64,000 bases of DNA, taken from assembly GCA_963693055.1 (NCBI GenBank), contig OY843751.1:1024001-1088000 (forward strand), read 5' to 3'. A program made the translations under genes and the position numbers. The first letter of the stretch is position 1; each line of letters starts with the position of its first letter. Below are positions 1 through 10,897 of this stretch, in pieces. The notes below the pieces were generated by a model. It did not search any database. It saw only the letters and a list, made by a program, of their open reading frames with translations, and had not been told where the DNA came from. This stretch comes from a bacterium. GTDB lineage: Bacteria > Zhuqueibacterota > Zhuqueibacteria > Residuimicrobiales > Krinioviventaceae.

Positions 1-771
1 TCCCATCTTTGCAAGTTCGGATTTTATGAAATTTTTACCCCCACTAAAGGAGTTGATCCTGATTGGGTATATTACATAAACCAATAGCAGATACGAAAGA
101 AAAACACCAATGATGACCAGGGGCACGCCAACAATCATCCATTTGACAAAATCCATTTGGAAACCATAGGTTTCATTTAAAAAAGCTGCCATTAATGCGT
201 TGGGAGGAGTGCCGATCAATGTACCCAGGCCGCCTATACTGGCAGAATATGCAATACTTAGTAACAGAACAACTGAAAAGTTTCCCAAATCTTTATCGTT
301 ATTGCTGCTTTTGGCTACCTCAACAATTGACAGCGCAATAGGCAGCATCATCATGGCGGTTGCGGTATTACTGACCCACATGCTCAGAAACGCTGTAGCT
401 ATCATGAACCCTGCAATAATGGAGCGGGGTTTCATACCAATGCTGCGGATGATTTCAAGAGCCATGCGTTTATGAAGATGCCAGCGTTGAATACCCAGTG
501 CTACTACGAATCCGCCCATAAATAGAAAAATCAAAGGATTTGCATAGGGTGCCGCTGCAGGCTTGATTGCTGCAATACCGGTAATGGGAAACAAGACCAG
601 GGGTATCAGTGCTGTTGCAGCAATGGGGATTGCTTCTGTGATCCACCAGACTGCCATCAGGCAACCGATTGCAGCAGTGTACCATGCTTCAGATGATAAA
701 TTATGAGGTGCGGGAAATATTAAAAATAGCAGAAACAGAGTTGGGCCTAGAAACAATCCGGTTTTCTTCAT
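1..771 (-). CDS. DASS/SLC13-family anion:sodium symporter (3' end beyond window)
   Basis: Not in the ORF track because it is truncated. Manual translation from ATG 771 gives MKKTGLFLGPTLF...WWITEAIPIAATAL...FLSMWVSNTATAMMMLPIA...YSASIGGLGTLIGTPPNA, the hallmark SNT and GTPPN motifs of DASS transporters. Confidence 0.9.
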   Translation of the reverse strand, partial: MKKTGLFLGPTLFLLFLIFPAPHNLSSEAWYTAAIGCLMAVWWITEAIPIAATALIPLVLFPITGIAAIKPAAAPYANPLIFLFMGGFVVALGIQRWHLHKRMALEIIRSIGMKPRSIIAGFMIATAFLSMWVSNTATAMMMLPIALSIVEVAKSSNNDKDLGNFSVVLLLSIAYSASIGGLGTLIGTPPNALMAAFLNETYGFQMDFVKWMIVGVPLVIIGVFLSYLLLVYVIYPIRINSFSGGKNFIKSELAKMG

Positions 772-960
772 AAATTTTCCTATGTGTGAACTGAAAATGT
801 TTGGCCCTGATCATTACAAGCATCAGGACCATTCGGAAATTATGCGCCAGCTTGGTACTGGTATTATTAATATCGGATAATTTTTGAAATTGTCAAGTGT
901 TGATCCGAAAAAAAAGAGTTTTATGATAAAAATGATAATAATTAAAGAGAATATATAAAA

Positions 961-991
961 AAAGCCCCTGTTTTTTTATTACAGGGGCTTT
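961..991 (-). terminator. Intrinsic terminator hairpin after 1000..2973
   Basis: AAAGCCCCTGT...ACAGGGGCTTT stem preceded by an A-run (U-tract on the minus strand). Confidence 0.75.
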
Positions 992-999
992 ATAAAGAT

Positions 1000-2973
1000 T
1001 TATTTTACTAACAGAATTTTCTGCATTTGAATGTGATTACCGGCATTCATTATGATAAAATATGTACCGGTTGAGCAAAGTTGTTCGTTCATATCACTGC
1101 CATCCCATAAAAGATTAAATATACCTGCTGCTTGTTTCTGGTCAACAAGTGTATTGACTACACGTCCCAGGATATCTGTGATATACAGATTAACATTTGT
1201 ATCTTTAGCTAGCTGATAGGAAATCTGTGTGGTTGGGTTAAATGGATTGGGATACGCTTTCATCAGTAACGTAGTTGTGGGGACAGGAGTACTGCAAAGC
1301 GCTGTTTCAGCCAGAAATGTAACATTGCCATTTATATCTACATCTGAAAGCCGGTAGCGATAGTTGATTCCTCCTTTGACAGTATTATCTGTAAAAGAGT
1401 ATTCACTCTGGTTTGTCGTACTTCCCGCACCTAATAGTTGGTAATTTATATTATAATTTGCAATCACCTGCCACTTCAATTCCCCCGGATTTTCCATTGC
1501 CGCACGTTCGAGAATAAAACCAAGGTTATCGGTTTCACTTTGTGTAGTCCATGTCAAGATAACAGCACCCGTTACTGGTTCTGCATTCATAGAGGTCAGT
1601 TCTACAGGTAGTGAAGTATCTCTGGCGTTTTCATACGCACCCATGTCTGGCGGGGTACCGCGATCATTATCTTCAATATCTTTGGTCGGTGCGCCTGTTG
1701 CGGTCCCGGTACCAATACAGGGGCTTGTATCATCCAAATGATATCCGTTGGTAAATATCGGATCATCATTTATGTTACCGGTTCCGGTATATGCTCCTGA
1801 CGCGGATTGGATATCGCTATAGTTTACTACCAGCGTGCCGGTATTGTTAATTGAATCATCTTCTCCCCAGAGAATGCAGTTATTGATGTTCATGGTTGCC
1901 GAACCCAGGTTGCCAAGTTCTTTATGACTTTCTGGTGAGGTAACAGAAAAGGTACAGTTGGTCAGATTGACGATTCCTGCATTGTTGAAAATTGTATCAT
2001 AAGTTCCGCTATTATTTGTGTTGTCATACATGAGACAATTTGTGCAGGTTACCGTCCCTGTATTGTTATAAAAAGCGCCTCCGTTTGCGGCATTATCGGT
2101 AAATTTACTGTTACTGCAGGCAATAGTACCATCATCGTTATAAAAAGCACCACCATCATAAGCTGTATTGTTATTTGAAAACGTACATGCAGTAATTGTA
2201 TGGGTTCCGGTATGAGAACCGCTTTCAGTATAGTAGGAAATTCCGCCACCAAGAAATGCACCATTATTGTCTTCAAAAGAGCTGTTTGAGATTGTTGTAC
2301 TGCCACCATCAACTGCAATTGCCCCACAGACGGTGAGACAAGAATTACCGCTAAAAGTACAATAGTTAAAGATAGCAGAACTTGAGATATTATAAACCGC
2401 ACCGCCGTTGTTACCATAATTCCCTGTAAAAATGCAATTATTGATTGTAGGGCTGGAGCTCTGATTAAGCATTGCACCACCGGCTTTATTAGTTTCTGTA
2501 CTGTTTGCATATCCGTTGGTGAGGGTGAATCCATCCAGTACGGCAGTAGATGTTTGTGCGGAGGTGTTGGCAACAATGTGATAAGCGTTGTTTGCAGTAG
2601 TAACACTTTGATCAAGGTCGCCATCGAGTGTTGTTATATAACTTGAAAAATCTCTCTGGCTAAGCAGAGTTTCTGTGGCATTGAATCCACCATAAACGGA
2701 CACGCCATCTTTGAGCTCAAACGCGCTGGTAGGATCGTTATCAATTTGTCCTGTACCGTCATCAGGATAATAGGTTCCCTCTGCTACCCAAATTTCAGCC
2801 CCGCTACTCGCTGCTGCCAAGGCATCTTGTAAATAGTTGTAGGCATTCAGCCATGAAGTTCCGTTATTACTACCGGATGCATCAGTGTCAACATAGATTA
2901 CTTCTGCTGCTTGGGTTACAGATAAAATCGTAAATAGAAAAAGGACCGTAATGAGACTTTTTTTTAAATGCAT
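1000..2973 (-). CDS. Secreted right-handed beta-helix (pectin-lyase-like / PMP-repeat) protein with C-terminal FlgD-Ig/T9SS-type sorting domain
   Basis: Signal peptide; GTSWxNAYxxLQDAL N-terminal motif; repeated GGA(M/V/F)xN and FxxN motifs; PDMGAYE; LPVEL linker; AYPNPFNP...GTYFI C-terminal domain. Confidence 0.85.
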   Translation of the reverse strand: MHLKKSLITVLFLFTILSVTQAAEVIYVDTDASGSNNGTSWLNAYNYLQDALAAASSGAEIWVAEGTYYPDDGTGQIDNDPTSAFELKDGVSVYGGFNATETLLSQRDFSSYITTLDGDLDQSVTTANNAYHIVANTSAQTSTAVLDGFTLTNGYANSTETNKAGGAMLNQSSSPTINNCIFTGNYGNNGGAVYNISSSAIFNYCTFSGNSCLTVCGAIAVDGGSTTISNSSFEDNNGAFLGGGISYYTESGSHTGTHTITACTFSNNNTAYDGGAFYNDDGTIACSNSKFTDNAANGGAFYNNTGTVTCTNCLMYDNTNNSGTYDTIFNNAGIVNLTNCTFSVTSPESHKELGNLGSATMNINNCILWGEDDSINNTGTLVVNYSDIQSASGAYTGTGNINDDPIFTNGYHLDDTSPCIGTGTATGAPTKDIEDNDRGTPPDMGAYENARDTSLPVELTSMNAEPVTGAVILTWTTQSETDNLGFILERAAMENPGELKWQVIANYNINYQLLGAGSTTNQSEYSFTDNTVKGGINYRYRLSDVDINGNVTFLAETALCSTPVPTTTLLMKAYPNPFNPTTQISYQLAKDTNVNLYITDILGRVVNTLVDQKQAAGIFNLLWDGSDMNEQLCSTGTYFIIMNAGNHIQMQKILLVK

Positions 2974-3075
2974 GGTGCCCCTCTCGTTTGATGTTTGTTA
3001 CTACTAGAATGATTTTATGGAAATATGTTGATAGTACCCGGCAAAAAATATAAATAATTTCTTGAATTTCAAAGC

Positions 3076-3120
3076 TTTAATTCGGGTTCTGCATAAATTT
3101 ATCAGAACCCGAATTAAAAA
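3076..3120 (-). terminator. Intrinsic terminator hairpin after the GlpT-like gene
   Basis: TTTAATTCGGGTTCTG...CAGAACCCGAATTAAA long stem. Confidence 0.75.
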
Positions 3121-3126
3121 GTTGTA

Positions 3127-4455
3127 TTAAGCCCTGGGTTTAATCTTCCAGGTGAATGCCAGCAGAATGATAGACATGAGAGTGCAGCCCAGAATGCAGA
3201 AAATGATCACATCCCAGCCGGTGGTTGTACCATAGACTCTCCTGAAATAATCGGCAATCCAGCCAAAACCTTTTGCCTGGGCGGTTCTGCCCATATAACC
3301 AAAGAGACCTATGAATCCCGCAGCAGTACCAACCGCTTTTTTAGATGTAAGATCCAAACCTGAAACCCCTAACAGCATTACGGGCGGGTAGACAAAAAAT
3401 CCGATAATGGCAAGGAATGTCATGTCTAGCCAGAGATGACCGGGAGGATTAAGATAAATACCGGTAAACGCGGCGAAAATAGGGATCATGCATAGCAGGC
3501 TTAGCATACCTCGTCGTCCACCCATTTTATCGGATAGCCAGCCGGAGATCAGAGTAGAAGGAATACCACCAAACTCAATGATCAGGATCGCCAGACCGCC
3601 ACTGGAAAGCGTAGCATTTTTAACTTCGCGCAAGTATAGTGGCCCCCAATCCAGCATGCTGTATCTGACAATGTATACAAAAAAGTTTGCTATTGCAAAA
3701 ATCCAGAGGTATTTATTTTTAAGAATGTTTTCAACAAAGAGTTCCCGGGTGGTGAGCTCTTTTTCAAAAGTCTGACCCGATTCAGGAAAATCGTTTTTGT
3801 ATTCTTCAATGGGAGGCAGCCCAACGGATTGAGGTGTGTCTTTTAATCTTGTAAAAAGATATATAGAGCCAACTAAGGCGATAGTACCGGGAAAGTAAAA
3901 AGCCGCCTGCCAGCCAAAGTGAGATGCAGCAAAGGCTGCAAGAATACCGGCAATACCACCCCCGATATTATGCGCAACATTCCAGATGGCAAATACAGAG
4001 CCTCTTTCTTTTAGGCTGAACCAATGCCCAATGGAACGACCGCAAGGAGGCCATCCCATACCTTGCACAAACCCGTTAAGTGACCATAATAATAAATGAA
4101 CCGGATAACTGGCAATACCTCCAAACATGAAATTGATTAGAGCTGTTAATAGTAACCCAAATGCCATAAACGCCCTGGGATTGCTACGGTCTGATAATGA
4201 ACCCATTAAAAATTTTCCAAGTCCATAGCAGATCGCTGTTAAAGCTAGGATATTGCCAATCATATCATGGTTATAGGCAAGCGCTCCTTCAATATCTTTG
4301 GCAACAACCGAAAGGTTATTGCGGACCAAATAAAATGTAGCATAGCCTAAAAAGGTTGCTTCAAGTGTACTCCATCTATACTTTTTGTAAAGATGGTCAG
4401 TTTTTGTTGCATCAACTCGGTCAATATGTGTTGCGGGTTTGAACAGCGATCTCAA
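3127..4455 (-). CDS. glpT: MFS organophosphate:Pi antiporter (GlpT/PgtP family)
   Basis: GYATFYLVRNN, YGLGKFLMGSLSDRSNPR, QGMGWPPCGR, WNVAHNIGGG and GTAAGFIGLFGY are GlpT/PgtP-type motifs; the substrate (G3P or phosphoglycerate) cannot be resolved. Confidence 0.8.
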   Translation of the reverse strand: MRSLFKPATHIDRVDATKTDHLYKKYRWSTLEATFLGYATFYLVRNNLSVVAKDIEGALAYNHDMIGNILALTAICYGLGKFLMGSLSDRSNPRAFMAFGLLLTALINFMFGGIASYPVHLLLWSLNGFVQGMGWPPCGRSIGHWFSLKERGSVFAIWNVAHNIGGGIAGILAAFAASHFGWQAAFYFPGTIALVGSIYLFTRLKDTPQSVGLPPIEEYKNDFPESGQTFEKELTTRELFVENILKNKYLWIFAIANFFVYIVRYSMLDWGPLYLREVKNATLSSGGLAILIIEFGGIPSTLISGWLSDKMGGRRGMLSLLCMIPIFAAFTGIYLNPPGHLWLDMTFLAIIGFFVYPPVMLLGVSGLDLTSKKAVGTAAGFIGLFGYMGRTAQAKGFGWIADYFRRVYGTTTGWDVIIFCILGCTLMSIILLAFTWKIKPRA

Positions 4456-4471
4456 AGGTTACCTCCTCAAT

Positions 4472-7400
4472 CTAGGGCCTTAAGAATAATAAAATATCTA
4501 TATTGTTTTTTAAACCAAAATGGGACTCGTAATTTAATTCTCCATCAAGTTCGAATGTATGTTCAGGAATTGAATCTGATAGTGAGAGTTCAATCTGTTT
4601 TTTTTCATTTGGTTTTATATCGTCTATTGTAAAATTATCCGCTATTCCTTTGAATGTTATTACAGGATTACGCAAGGTGAATGCTCTTTTGTTTTGTATT
4701 TTTAACACGACTTTATGACCTTTATATGAAATCGGTTTTACAACAGCGTCAGCGTGAAATTGTTTAAACGCGTCAGCCATGGGTTGCCTGATCTCAAATC
4801 TTGAGTTGATGTCAATCAAACCCGGATGATGTTCTGGTACGTCGGTCAGTTTGTAAAATGTGCCACCTGCCATACCCTTGTCTAATCCCCATTGGGCCAT
4901 GCCCCAAATGGCGTCAAGCCCTGTTAACTCGTCCGGTCCCCAAAAACTGTTATATTCGGTATAAATGACCGGCAAGTTGTGTTCAAAGCCCAGGTTTATA
5001 CTCGTCTCTATTATGGGTTGTCTATCGGTGGATTTCTGAAACAATCCAAAATAGTAATTAATACCCATAATATCTTGTCCTCGCCAGTTATCCTGACCGT
5101 AGAGATTGGCATAATTAACTGGACGATTATATGGATCATAAATTTTGTATACAGGATAAGTTGTCAGAAGGAATTCATCCAGGTTACTATGTATTTCATT
5201 GCATGAATTCCAAAACAAAACACCGGCATTCTCCTTGTATGCATTTATGAATTGGCGGCTCACTTCCTGTACACCTGCTAGTGGAGAACCATTGTACCGT
5301 GCAAATATTTCTTCTGATGACGCACATGAGAAATCAGCCAGGGCCATCCAGCACATGTTTTGTTCAAATGCCAAATCAACCAGCCAGGTGTTGGGATGGT
5401 CACCGCGTAATGTGTTGAATCCACATGCTTTGAGAATCTCCATTGCTTTTTTAGAGAGTTCCCGGCTCGATCCCCATAATCCATGAACATTAACACCCTT
5501 CATAATAAAAGGTTCGCCATTGACCAGGATTTCGGTTTCCCGTGTTTCAACTACAGTAGATATTATTCGTTTATCATAATGAACGGGGCCGTTATTCGTC
5601 TTTAATTCAAAATGCAGATCATAATATCCCCAGTTGGGGGCAGGTTCAAGTGTTGTTTGGGCTTTACCGGAAAGTGTGGTTTGGACTAGTTCTTTTTTAT
5701 TACTTGTAACGGTGATTTCTGTTGTTTTAATTTTTGTTTTACCTGCTAAAAGATTGATGTCTATTGGGGTGGTAAATGTTGAACCCGATTTTTCAACATG
5801 GTTGTGTCGTTTAACAAGTATTTCCATCTTGTTTGGCAATGCGATCGTTTCTTCTTTTTCTGTCATAGTCAGGACAGTACCATCTTTGATGATACGTACC
5901 CTGGAAATCAGTTTGCCATACTGGTGGATATTATAATCCAGGTTGATTTGGTTTTTCCCCGGTTTTAATGATATTCCCGGAAAGCTTGAAAATACCGTAT
6001 TGCCAATCTCTGTTTGAACATCGAAAGCACAAATTGCATCAAGCGTTTTCTCACCATAATGGGTAACGTCTATGGTACAGTGTGTTTGGTTTGTATTTTT
6101 ATCCCACTCGGTTACCAGGGCATTGATCTCGATTGGCCGCGCAGTTATATAAATCGGACACAGGGTATATAACCTGCCTACATTAAAATAGTCAATGGAT
6201 TCAGGATTGTTTAAAAGTACCCATTGAAATGACCCTTTTTTAGTTGTGTCTCGAACAGTAACGGTAAGGTAATGCTTGCCTGTAAATATTTTTGGCATAT
6301 TGATTGCCGCCGTAGCATCCAATGGTGTTTGCAGGGGAATTGAAAATGTTATGTCTTGCACATGAGTACCGGGTTTCCATGTTGAGGTGGCAGGGGTAGG
6401 ATTAACAACCTCAGTTTGCAGTATCTGTCCATATTCATTGCAAATGTGATACATGAACTGTAAATCTTGATTGATGGCAGAGCCTGTTACATTCCATGGT
6501 ACAGATAGTGTATAGTCTTTACCCATTACAAAGGATGTACTAGAGAGGGAAACATCTCCAAATTGAAGGTTATAGGTGCCGTCATGCTGTTGTCCATGAA
6601 ATAAATTGTCAGCAGTATTAATAAGCTGTTCTGCATTGTTTACTGCTTGAAAAGAAAGTTTTTGCTCTCCCTGTTCAAGGCGCTCTTTTGCTAAATTGAG
6701 CAGAGAAAGCGCGCTGGAGAATGCAGTCTTTTTCTTGAGAACTTGAGGGTCTTTGGAATTCGCACTTGAAGAGTTAAGAAACGATTCCATTTGTGTGGAC
6801 AATTTTTCGATTTTGGCTTCCAGTTCTTTATTTGACCGGTATTCGAAGACCCGTTCATCAGAACCAAGCTGGTTTTCGTCAGAATCGGTTAATTCAATAC
6901 GCAGGGAATAGCTGCCTTCATCCCTGATTTGTAATGGAGATTGGGCCAAAATTTCGTTCAATGGGAGTGTGAATGACCCGGAAGGAATATTTTGAGATGT
7001 TTTGAATTTTTGGGTTTTATTGTTATGTTTGAGTGAAATTGATAATTCGCAGTTTTGTACTGCTTTTTTAAAATTGGTATATAGATTAAATTCGGGGAGC
7101 GATTTGTTTAAAATAATGTGTTTAGGAGTGGATAAATAGACTGTAGGTGGGGTTATGGTTATATCTTTATCCGATGATATAAAATGTGCAATCCTGGCAT
7201 AACCTGACCAGCATCTAACTCCATATCGGCCTTGCAGACTGTTGTCGCTTTTTGCCTGGATGACCCATTCTTGAGGTTCTTGTTCAGTAACAGACCAGAA
7301 CTTGCAGTAAATATTTTCTCCATCCAGTTTTACTTTTTGCCAGAACCAGCCGGTTGGATTCCATTTGGTGTCAAAGGTCAATCCTTTTCCCGCGGCCAGA

Positions 7401-7843
7401 TCAAAGGTATAATCATCTATTGAGGCATCTCGGTAACGCAAACTGGTACCCGAGTCTTCGTCCTGTTCAATCCAGTATTGCGGACGTCTTTCTTTGGTAT
7501 TGTGATAATATTCAACGTCCTGGGGGAAATCTGCTCTAAACATTACTATCCCGTCCGCATCTCTTTCAGTTGGAAGCGGGTCCTTCCACAGTACCTGTAT
7601 ATATCCATCTGCCATCTGTTGAGATTTGGCAAACAGTATAATATTTTTACCTTTAAATTCAATAACCTGTTTCCCGTAACCCGGCGGGACTGATGGGTCA
7701 TCAATGATTTCTGCCTGACCATCACCGGCCATATCCAGGACTTGCCAATCATCTAATGATTCACAGTTTGATTCAAATTCTGCGTATACAAAGGATGAAT
7801 AGAAAAAAAATAGAATAATTAATACATATCGGTTCTTGAGCAT
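4472..7843 (-). CDS. Large secreted protein with C-terminal GH2-like (clan GH-A) TIM barrel
   Basis: Signal peptide; ILVNGEPFIMKGVNVH; GFNTLR; WNSCNE (acid/base); VIYTEY (nucleophile); long N-terminal beta-rich region of unknown function. Confidence 0.7.
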   Translation of the reverse strand: MLKNRYVLIILFFFYSSFVYAEFESNCESLDDWQVLDMAGDGQAEIIDDPSVPPGYGKQVIEFKGKNIILFAKSQQMADGYIQVLWKDPLPTERDADGIVMFRADFPQDVEYYHNTKERRPQYWIEQDEDSGTSLRYRDASIDDYTFDLAAGKGLTFDTKWNPTGWFWQKVKLDGENIYCKFWSVTEQEPQEWVIQAKSDNSLQGRYGVRCWSGYARIAHFISSDKDITITPPTVYLSTPKHIILNKSLPEFNLYTNFKKAVQNCELSISLKHNNKTQKFKTSQNIPSGSFTLPLNEILAQSPLQIRDEGSYSLRIELTDSDENQLGSDERVFEYRSNKELEAKIEKLSTQMESFLNSSSANSKDPQVLKKKTAFSSALSLLNLAKERLEQGEQKLSFQAVNNAEQLINTADNLFHGQQHDGTYNLQFGDVSLSSTSFVMGKDYTLSVPWNVTGSAINQDLQFMYHICNEYGQILQTEVVNPTPATSTWKPGTHVQDITFSIPLQTPLDATAAINMPKIFTGKHYLTVTVRDTTKKGSFQWVLLNNPESIDYFNVGRLYTLCPIYITARPIEINALVTEWDKNTNQTHCTIDVTHYGEKTLDAICAFDVQTEIGNTVFSSFPGISLKPGKNQINLDYNIHQYGKLISRVRIIKDGTVLTMTEKEETIALPNKMEILVKRHNHVEKSGSTFTTPIDINLLAGKTKIKTTEITVTSNKKELVQTTLSGKAQTTLEPAPNWGYYDLHFELKTNNGPVHYDKRIISTVVETRETEILVNGEPFIMKGVNVHGLWGSSRELSKKAMEILKACGFNTLRGDHPNTWLVDLAFEQNMCWMALADFSCASSEEIFARYNGSPLAGVQEVSRQFINAYKENAGVLFWNSCNEIHSNLDEFLLTTYPVYKIYDPYNRPVNYANLYGQDNWRGQDIMGINYYFGLFQKSTDRQPIIETSINLGFEHNLPVIYTEYNSFWGPDELTGLDAIWGMAQWGLDKGMAGGTFYKLTDVPEHHPGLIDINSRFEIRQPMADAFKQFHADAVVKPISYKGHKVVLKIQNKRAFTLRNPVITFKGIADNFTIDDIKPNEKKQIELSLSDSIPEHTFELDGELNYESHFGLKNNIDILLFLRP

Positions 7844-8073
7844 GGGTTACCTCGAGCTGAATGTGTGCGTTTTGTAGATTGTTTAAGAGTTTTTTATATA
7901 GGTATGTACAAATATTTAATGATAAAAAAGGATTCTCGAAAATCCTTGCCAAAAAATATAAACAGTTTCGTTTCATATAATATGAAAATATATGAATTAT
8001 ACAAGTAAAACAACGTAATTCTTGAATAGAAGTGGGGTGAGGACTGGTTTGAGACTTTTCAATTTTTTATTTC

Positions 8074-8095
8074 AGGGCCGGTTAGCACCGGCCCT
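8074..8095 (-). terminator. Terminator hairpin after 8105..10243
   Basis: AGGGCCGGT-TAGC-ACCGGCCCT. Confidence 0.6.
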
Positions 8096-8104
8096 TTGGA
8101 TGCT

Positions 8105-10243
8105 TTATTTGATCATAACCATTTTTTTTGAATATGTGTGGAATGCGGTTTGGGTTTTGATTTTTACCTGATAAAAGTAAACGCCCGAACTCGATACTAT
8201 TCCGTTTTCGGTTGTTCCATTCCAGGTATATTGGTGATACCCGGCATTCAACTGTGAATTATTCAAACAGTTTATTTTTCTTCCATTGATGTCATAAATG
8301 TTTATTTCAACAGTTGCTTTTTCGGCCAGTTGAAAGGAGATACGAGTTTGCGCGTTAAAAGGATTGGGGTAATTCTGGTTGAGGACAAATTCTGTAGGAA
8401 CAGGATTGGATTTTTCCTCAACAGGAAGCGTTAGGTCCTTTTCATAAACAGTGAAAATTCCAAATTCATCCCGGATAATGAGTTCTTCCGTACCATTATT
8501 ATAGAAATCATAAAATGTGGGGACATATTCTCCATAATAATCAATATTAACAAAGGCATCATTCCAACGGGCCCAGGCGGGGGATTGGGCATTGCCAATG
8601 TTTTCAAAGGCATACAATGAATCCGTAGCACTGTATTTAACGACCATATCAAAATCGCCATCCTGGTTCAGATCGCTGAATGTAGAATAGTTGAAAACGG
8701 TGTCCGGTAGACCCTGTTTCCAATCAGGCCTTAATTTCCAGATAGAATCCGGTTCTTGTGTGTTTTCATAAAAATGATACGCGCTGGGATAATTGTAATT
8801 ATTTACTCCAATATCCATAACTGTTTTTTCGCGAAAAATAAAATCAAGGTCACCATCGTTATCCAGATCATAAAAGTTAATGTCCAGAAACAGGGTACTG
8901 TCAAACTGGCTAAATATCATATCTTTCAGACTGGTTTTGCTGATCCATTCGCCGCTCAGATCCGGTTTCGAGTTTTCATAAACATTTGTATAGCTGTAAT
9001 ACATGTAATGGTGTGAGTAAATGAATTCAGGCAGATCATTATTGTCAAAATCTGTCAACTGGTCTTTGTAAGAGTCTCCTTCCGTATAAGTGGTAAACTC
9101 TGTTTCTGAGGGAGTGTGTTTGTAGAATAAGCAGTTCATCAGCGTATCTGGTGTGAGGCGAACGGGTTTTAGTCCAAATTCTATCCAACCTCTATAGCCA
9201 TTGACAAATAGAAAAGATGGAAAGCGATTATTCAATTGAAATGGATAAATTCTTGAGAATGGTAAAGCAGGTAAAGAATTCAATACATAATAATGGGGAT
9301 CAAAGGGCTGCTCTTCATTACCAGTAGCTAAATAAATACGACAAACCCGTTTTCTGTCTATAACAGATAAATCCTGTTTTCCATCTTTATTGTAATCATA
9401 AGGGAAAATGGAATTGATGGTATCATTGATCTCAATATTTGGTAAATCTTGTTCATTTGAAAAGTTGAATTCGTTTGAATCCTGTCTGCCATAAAATAAT
9501 TTAATTTTGTAAATACCTTCTGTGATACTGATAATCAGCATATCAACCAGACTGTCGTTGTTTACATGCATCATGGTTGGAGAGATGTATTCATAGCTCA
9601 ATGTGTTTTTTGTAGCATTTTGTAAAACGGTCGAGTCTTTTTCCCAAGCAGGTTCGCTTGCATTACCAATATTTCTAAAAAAAGATAAATTTAGTACTCC
9701 AAGTCCTATATAGCTATTATTCACTAGCAAGTCTAGATCTCCATCGGAATCTATATCAAAAAATGACGGATTGTCTGGTGTATACGCAGCTATTTCAAAA
9801 TTAACATCTTTGAATGTATCCGGATTAAGGGTTAAGGTTAGTGTGCTGTCAATTTCCCAGTCATATAGCTCTGTGGCATCTCTGATGATTATATTCGGAT
9901 TTCCATCTGCATCAATATCCTGGATGGTAAAGCCCATATTGCCTATGCAGCCTTCAATTCTTGTTTCATAAACTTTATCGGGTAGATAATATGGGGGAGT
10001 TTCTGTGTCTTGTCCCAGAAATATTTGTAATTTTCGCCAGGTCCAATCTTTATGTTTCCCCAAAATTGCAAAATCTGTTATACCATCCTTATTAAAATCA
10101 CAAGGTGCCATAGCATTAACGAAAATATCTAACCCCGATGGATTCAACGGGCGGGTGTCAGCCATCCAGTGGATGGGTACAGCAAAAAGATTGAAATTCA
10201 GGATTAAAATAAAGATTTGAAAAAAATGTTTTGAATTAATCAT
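8105..10243 (-). CDS. FG-GAP/VCBS-repeat secreted protein with C-terminal sorting domain
   Basis: Repeated DxNxDGxxD motifs (DFNKDGITD, DIDSDGDLD, DLDNDGDLD, DLNQDGDFD); QNYPNPFN...SGVYFY C-terminus; start placed at MINSK after a GGGGGAAG RBS. Confidence 0.85.
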   Translation of the reverse strand: MINSKHFFQIFILILNFNLFAVPIHWMADTRPLNPSGLDIFVNAMAPCDFNKDGITDFAILGKHKDWTWRKLQIFLGQDTETPPYYLPDKVYETRIEGCIGNMGFTIQDIDADGNPNIIIRDATELYDWEIDSTLTLTLNPDTFKDVNFEIAAYTPDNPSFFDIDSDGDLDLLVNNSYIGLGVLNLSFFRNIGNASEPAWEKDSTVLQNATKNTLSYEYISPTMMHVNNDSLVDMLIISITEGIYKIKLFYGRQDSNEFNFSNEQDLPNIEINDTINSIFPYDYNKDGKQDLSVIDRKRVCRIYLATGNEEQPFDPHYYVLNSLPALPFSRIYPFQLNNRFPSFLFVNGYRGWIEFGLKPVRLTPDTLMNCLFYKHTPSETEFTTYTEGDSYKDQLTDFDNNDLPEFIYSHHYMYYSYTNVYENSKPDLSGEWISKTSLKDMIFSQFDSTLFLDINFYDLDNDGDLDFIFREKTVMDIGVNNYNYPSAYHFYENTQEPDSIWKLRPDWKQGLPDTVFNYSTFSDLNQDGDFDMVVKYSATDSLYAFENIGNAQSPAWARWNDAFVNIDYYGEYVPTFYDFYNNGTEELIIRDEFGIFTVYEKDLTLPVEEKSNPVPTEFVLNQNYPNPFNAQTRISFQLAEKATVEINIYDINGRKINCLNNSQLNAGYHQYTWNGTTENGIVSSSGVYFYQVKIKTQTAFHTYSKKMVMIK

Positions 10244-10329
10244 GATACTTCCCCCTATCAAAATTAAAAAATTGTAGTTATTTATAGTTAATAATATTTG
10301 TAAATAAAGTCAATGCTTTTTTTATAAAA

Positions 10330-10704
10330 TTATATCATACCAGCCCGCATCACATCCAAACGGATTTTGGCATCTACATCTTTTTTAATTATAGGAGCCA
10401 GGTTAGCGCAGGGGGAATCCTTGCAAAACGCACAAGACGACATTCCCCGGTCTTTTGCGCAATTGCGGATCTTGCAGTCTTTGCAGGGGGTGAACAGTAC
10501 ACCTGAATCACTCATGCATCCCAAACAGTCGGTTATGTCCTCCAGTGTATATTTTGTGTTATAGAGATTATTGGTAATGTTGACAATCTCTTGCCGCATT
10601 TTTTGTTTTTTTTGTGGATCGGGTTCAAGTGTTGCCATATAAATAGGGCAGCCTTTGCACATTAATCCGCAATAAGAAAACTCGGATTGATATGATGTTG
10701 ACAT
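10330..10704 (-). CDS. DUF3795-like small Cys-rich metal-binding protein
   Basis: YCGLMCKGC...CLGC...CKDCKIRNC...CAFCKDSPC pattern. Confidence 0.8.
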   Translation of the reverse strand: MSTSYQSEFSYCGLMCKGCPIYMATLEPDPQKKQKMRQEIVNITNNLYNTKYTLEDITDCLGCMSDSGVLFTPCKDCKIRNCAKDRGMSSCAFCKDSPCANLAPIIKKDVDAKIRLDVMRAGMI

Positions 10705-10861
10705 GATTCATACCTGTTGTTGATGATTAAAGCCGGGTTGAATCTATATTGTATTAAACATTTGAGGTGGAAGATCTATTCAGGAATTTCTTGATTATGT
10801 AAAGCCGGGTTGTTAGGTACTCGTTTTGTGGACTTGGCCTTGGAATGATGATTAAAAAAAA

Positions 10862-10888
10862 CGGTCCCGAGATAAAATTCCGGGACCG
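10862..10888 (-). terminator. Terminator hairpin after the cytochrome operon
   Basis: CGGTCCCG...CGGGACCG preceded by an A-run. Confidence 0.7.
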
Positions 10889-10897
10889 ATAATCAAC

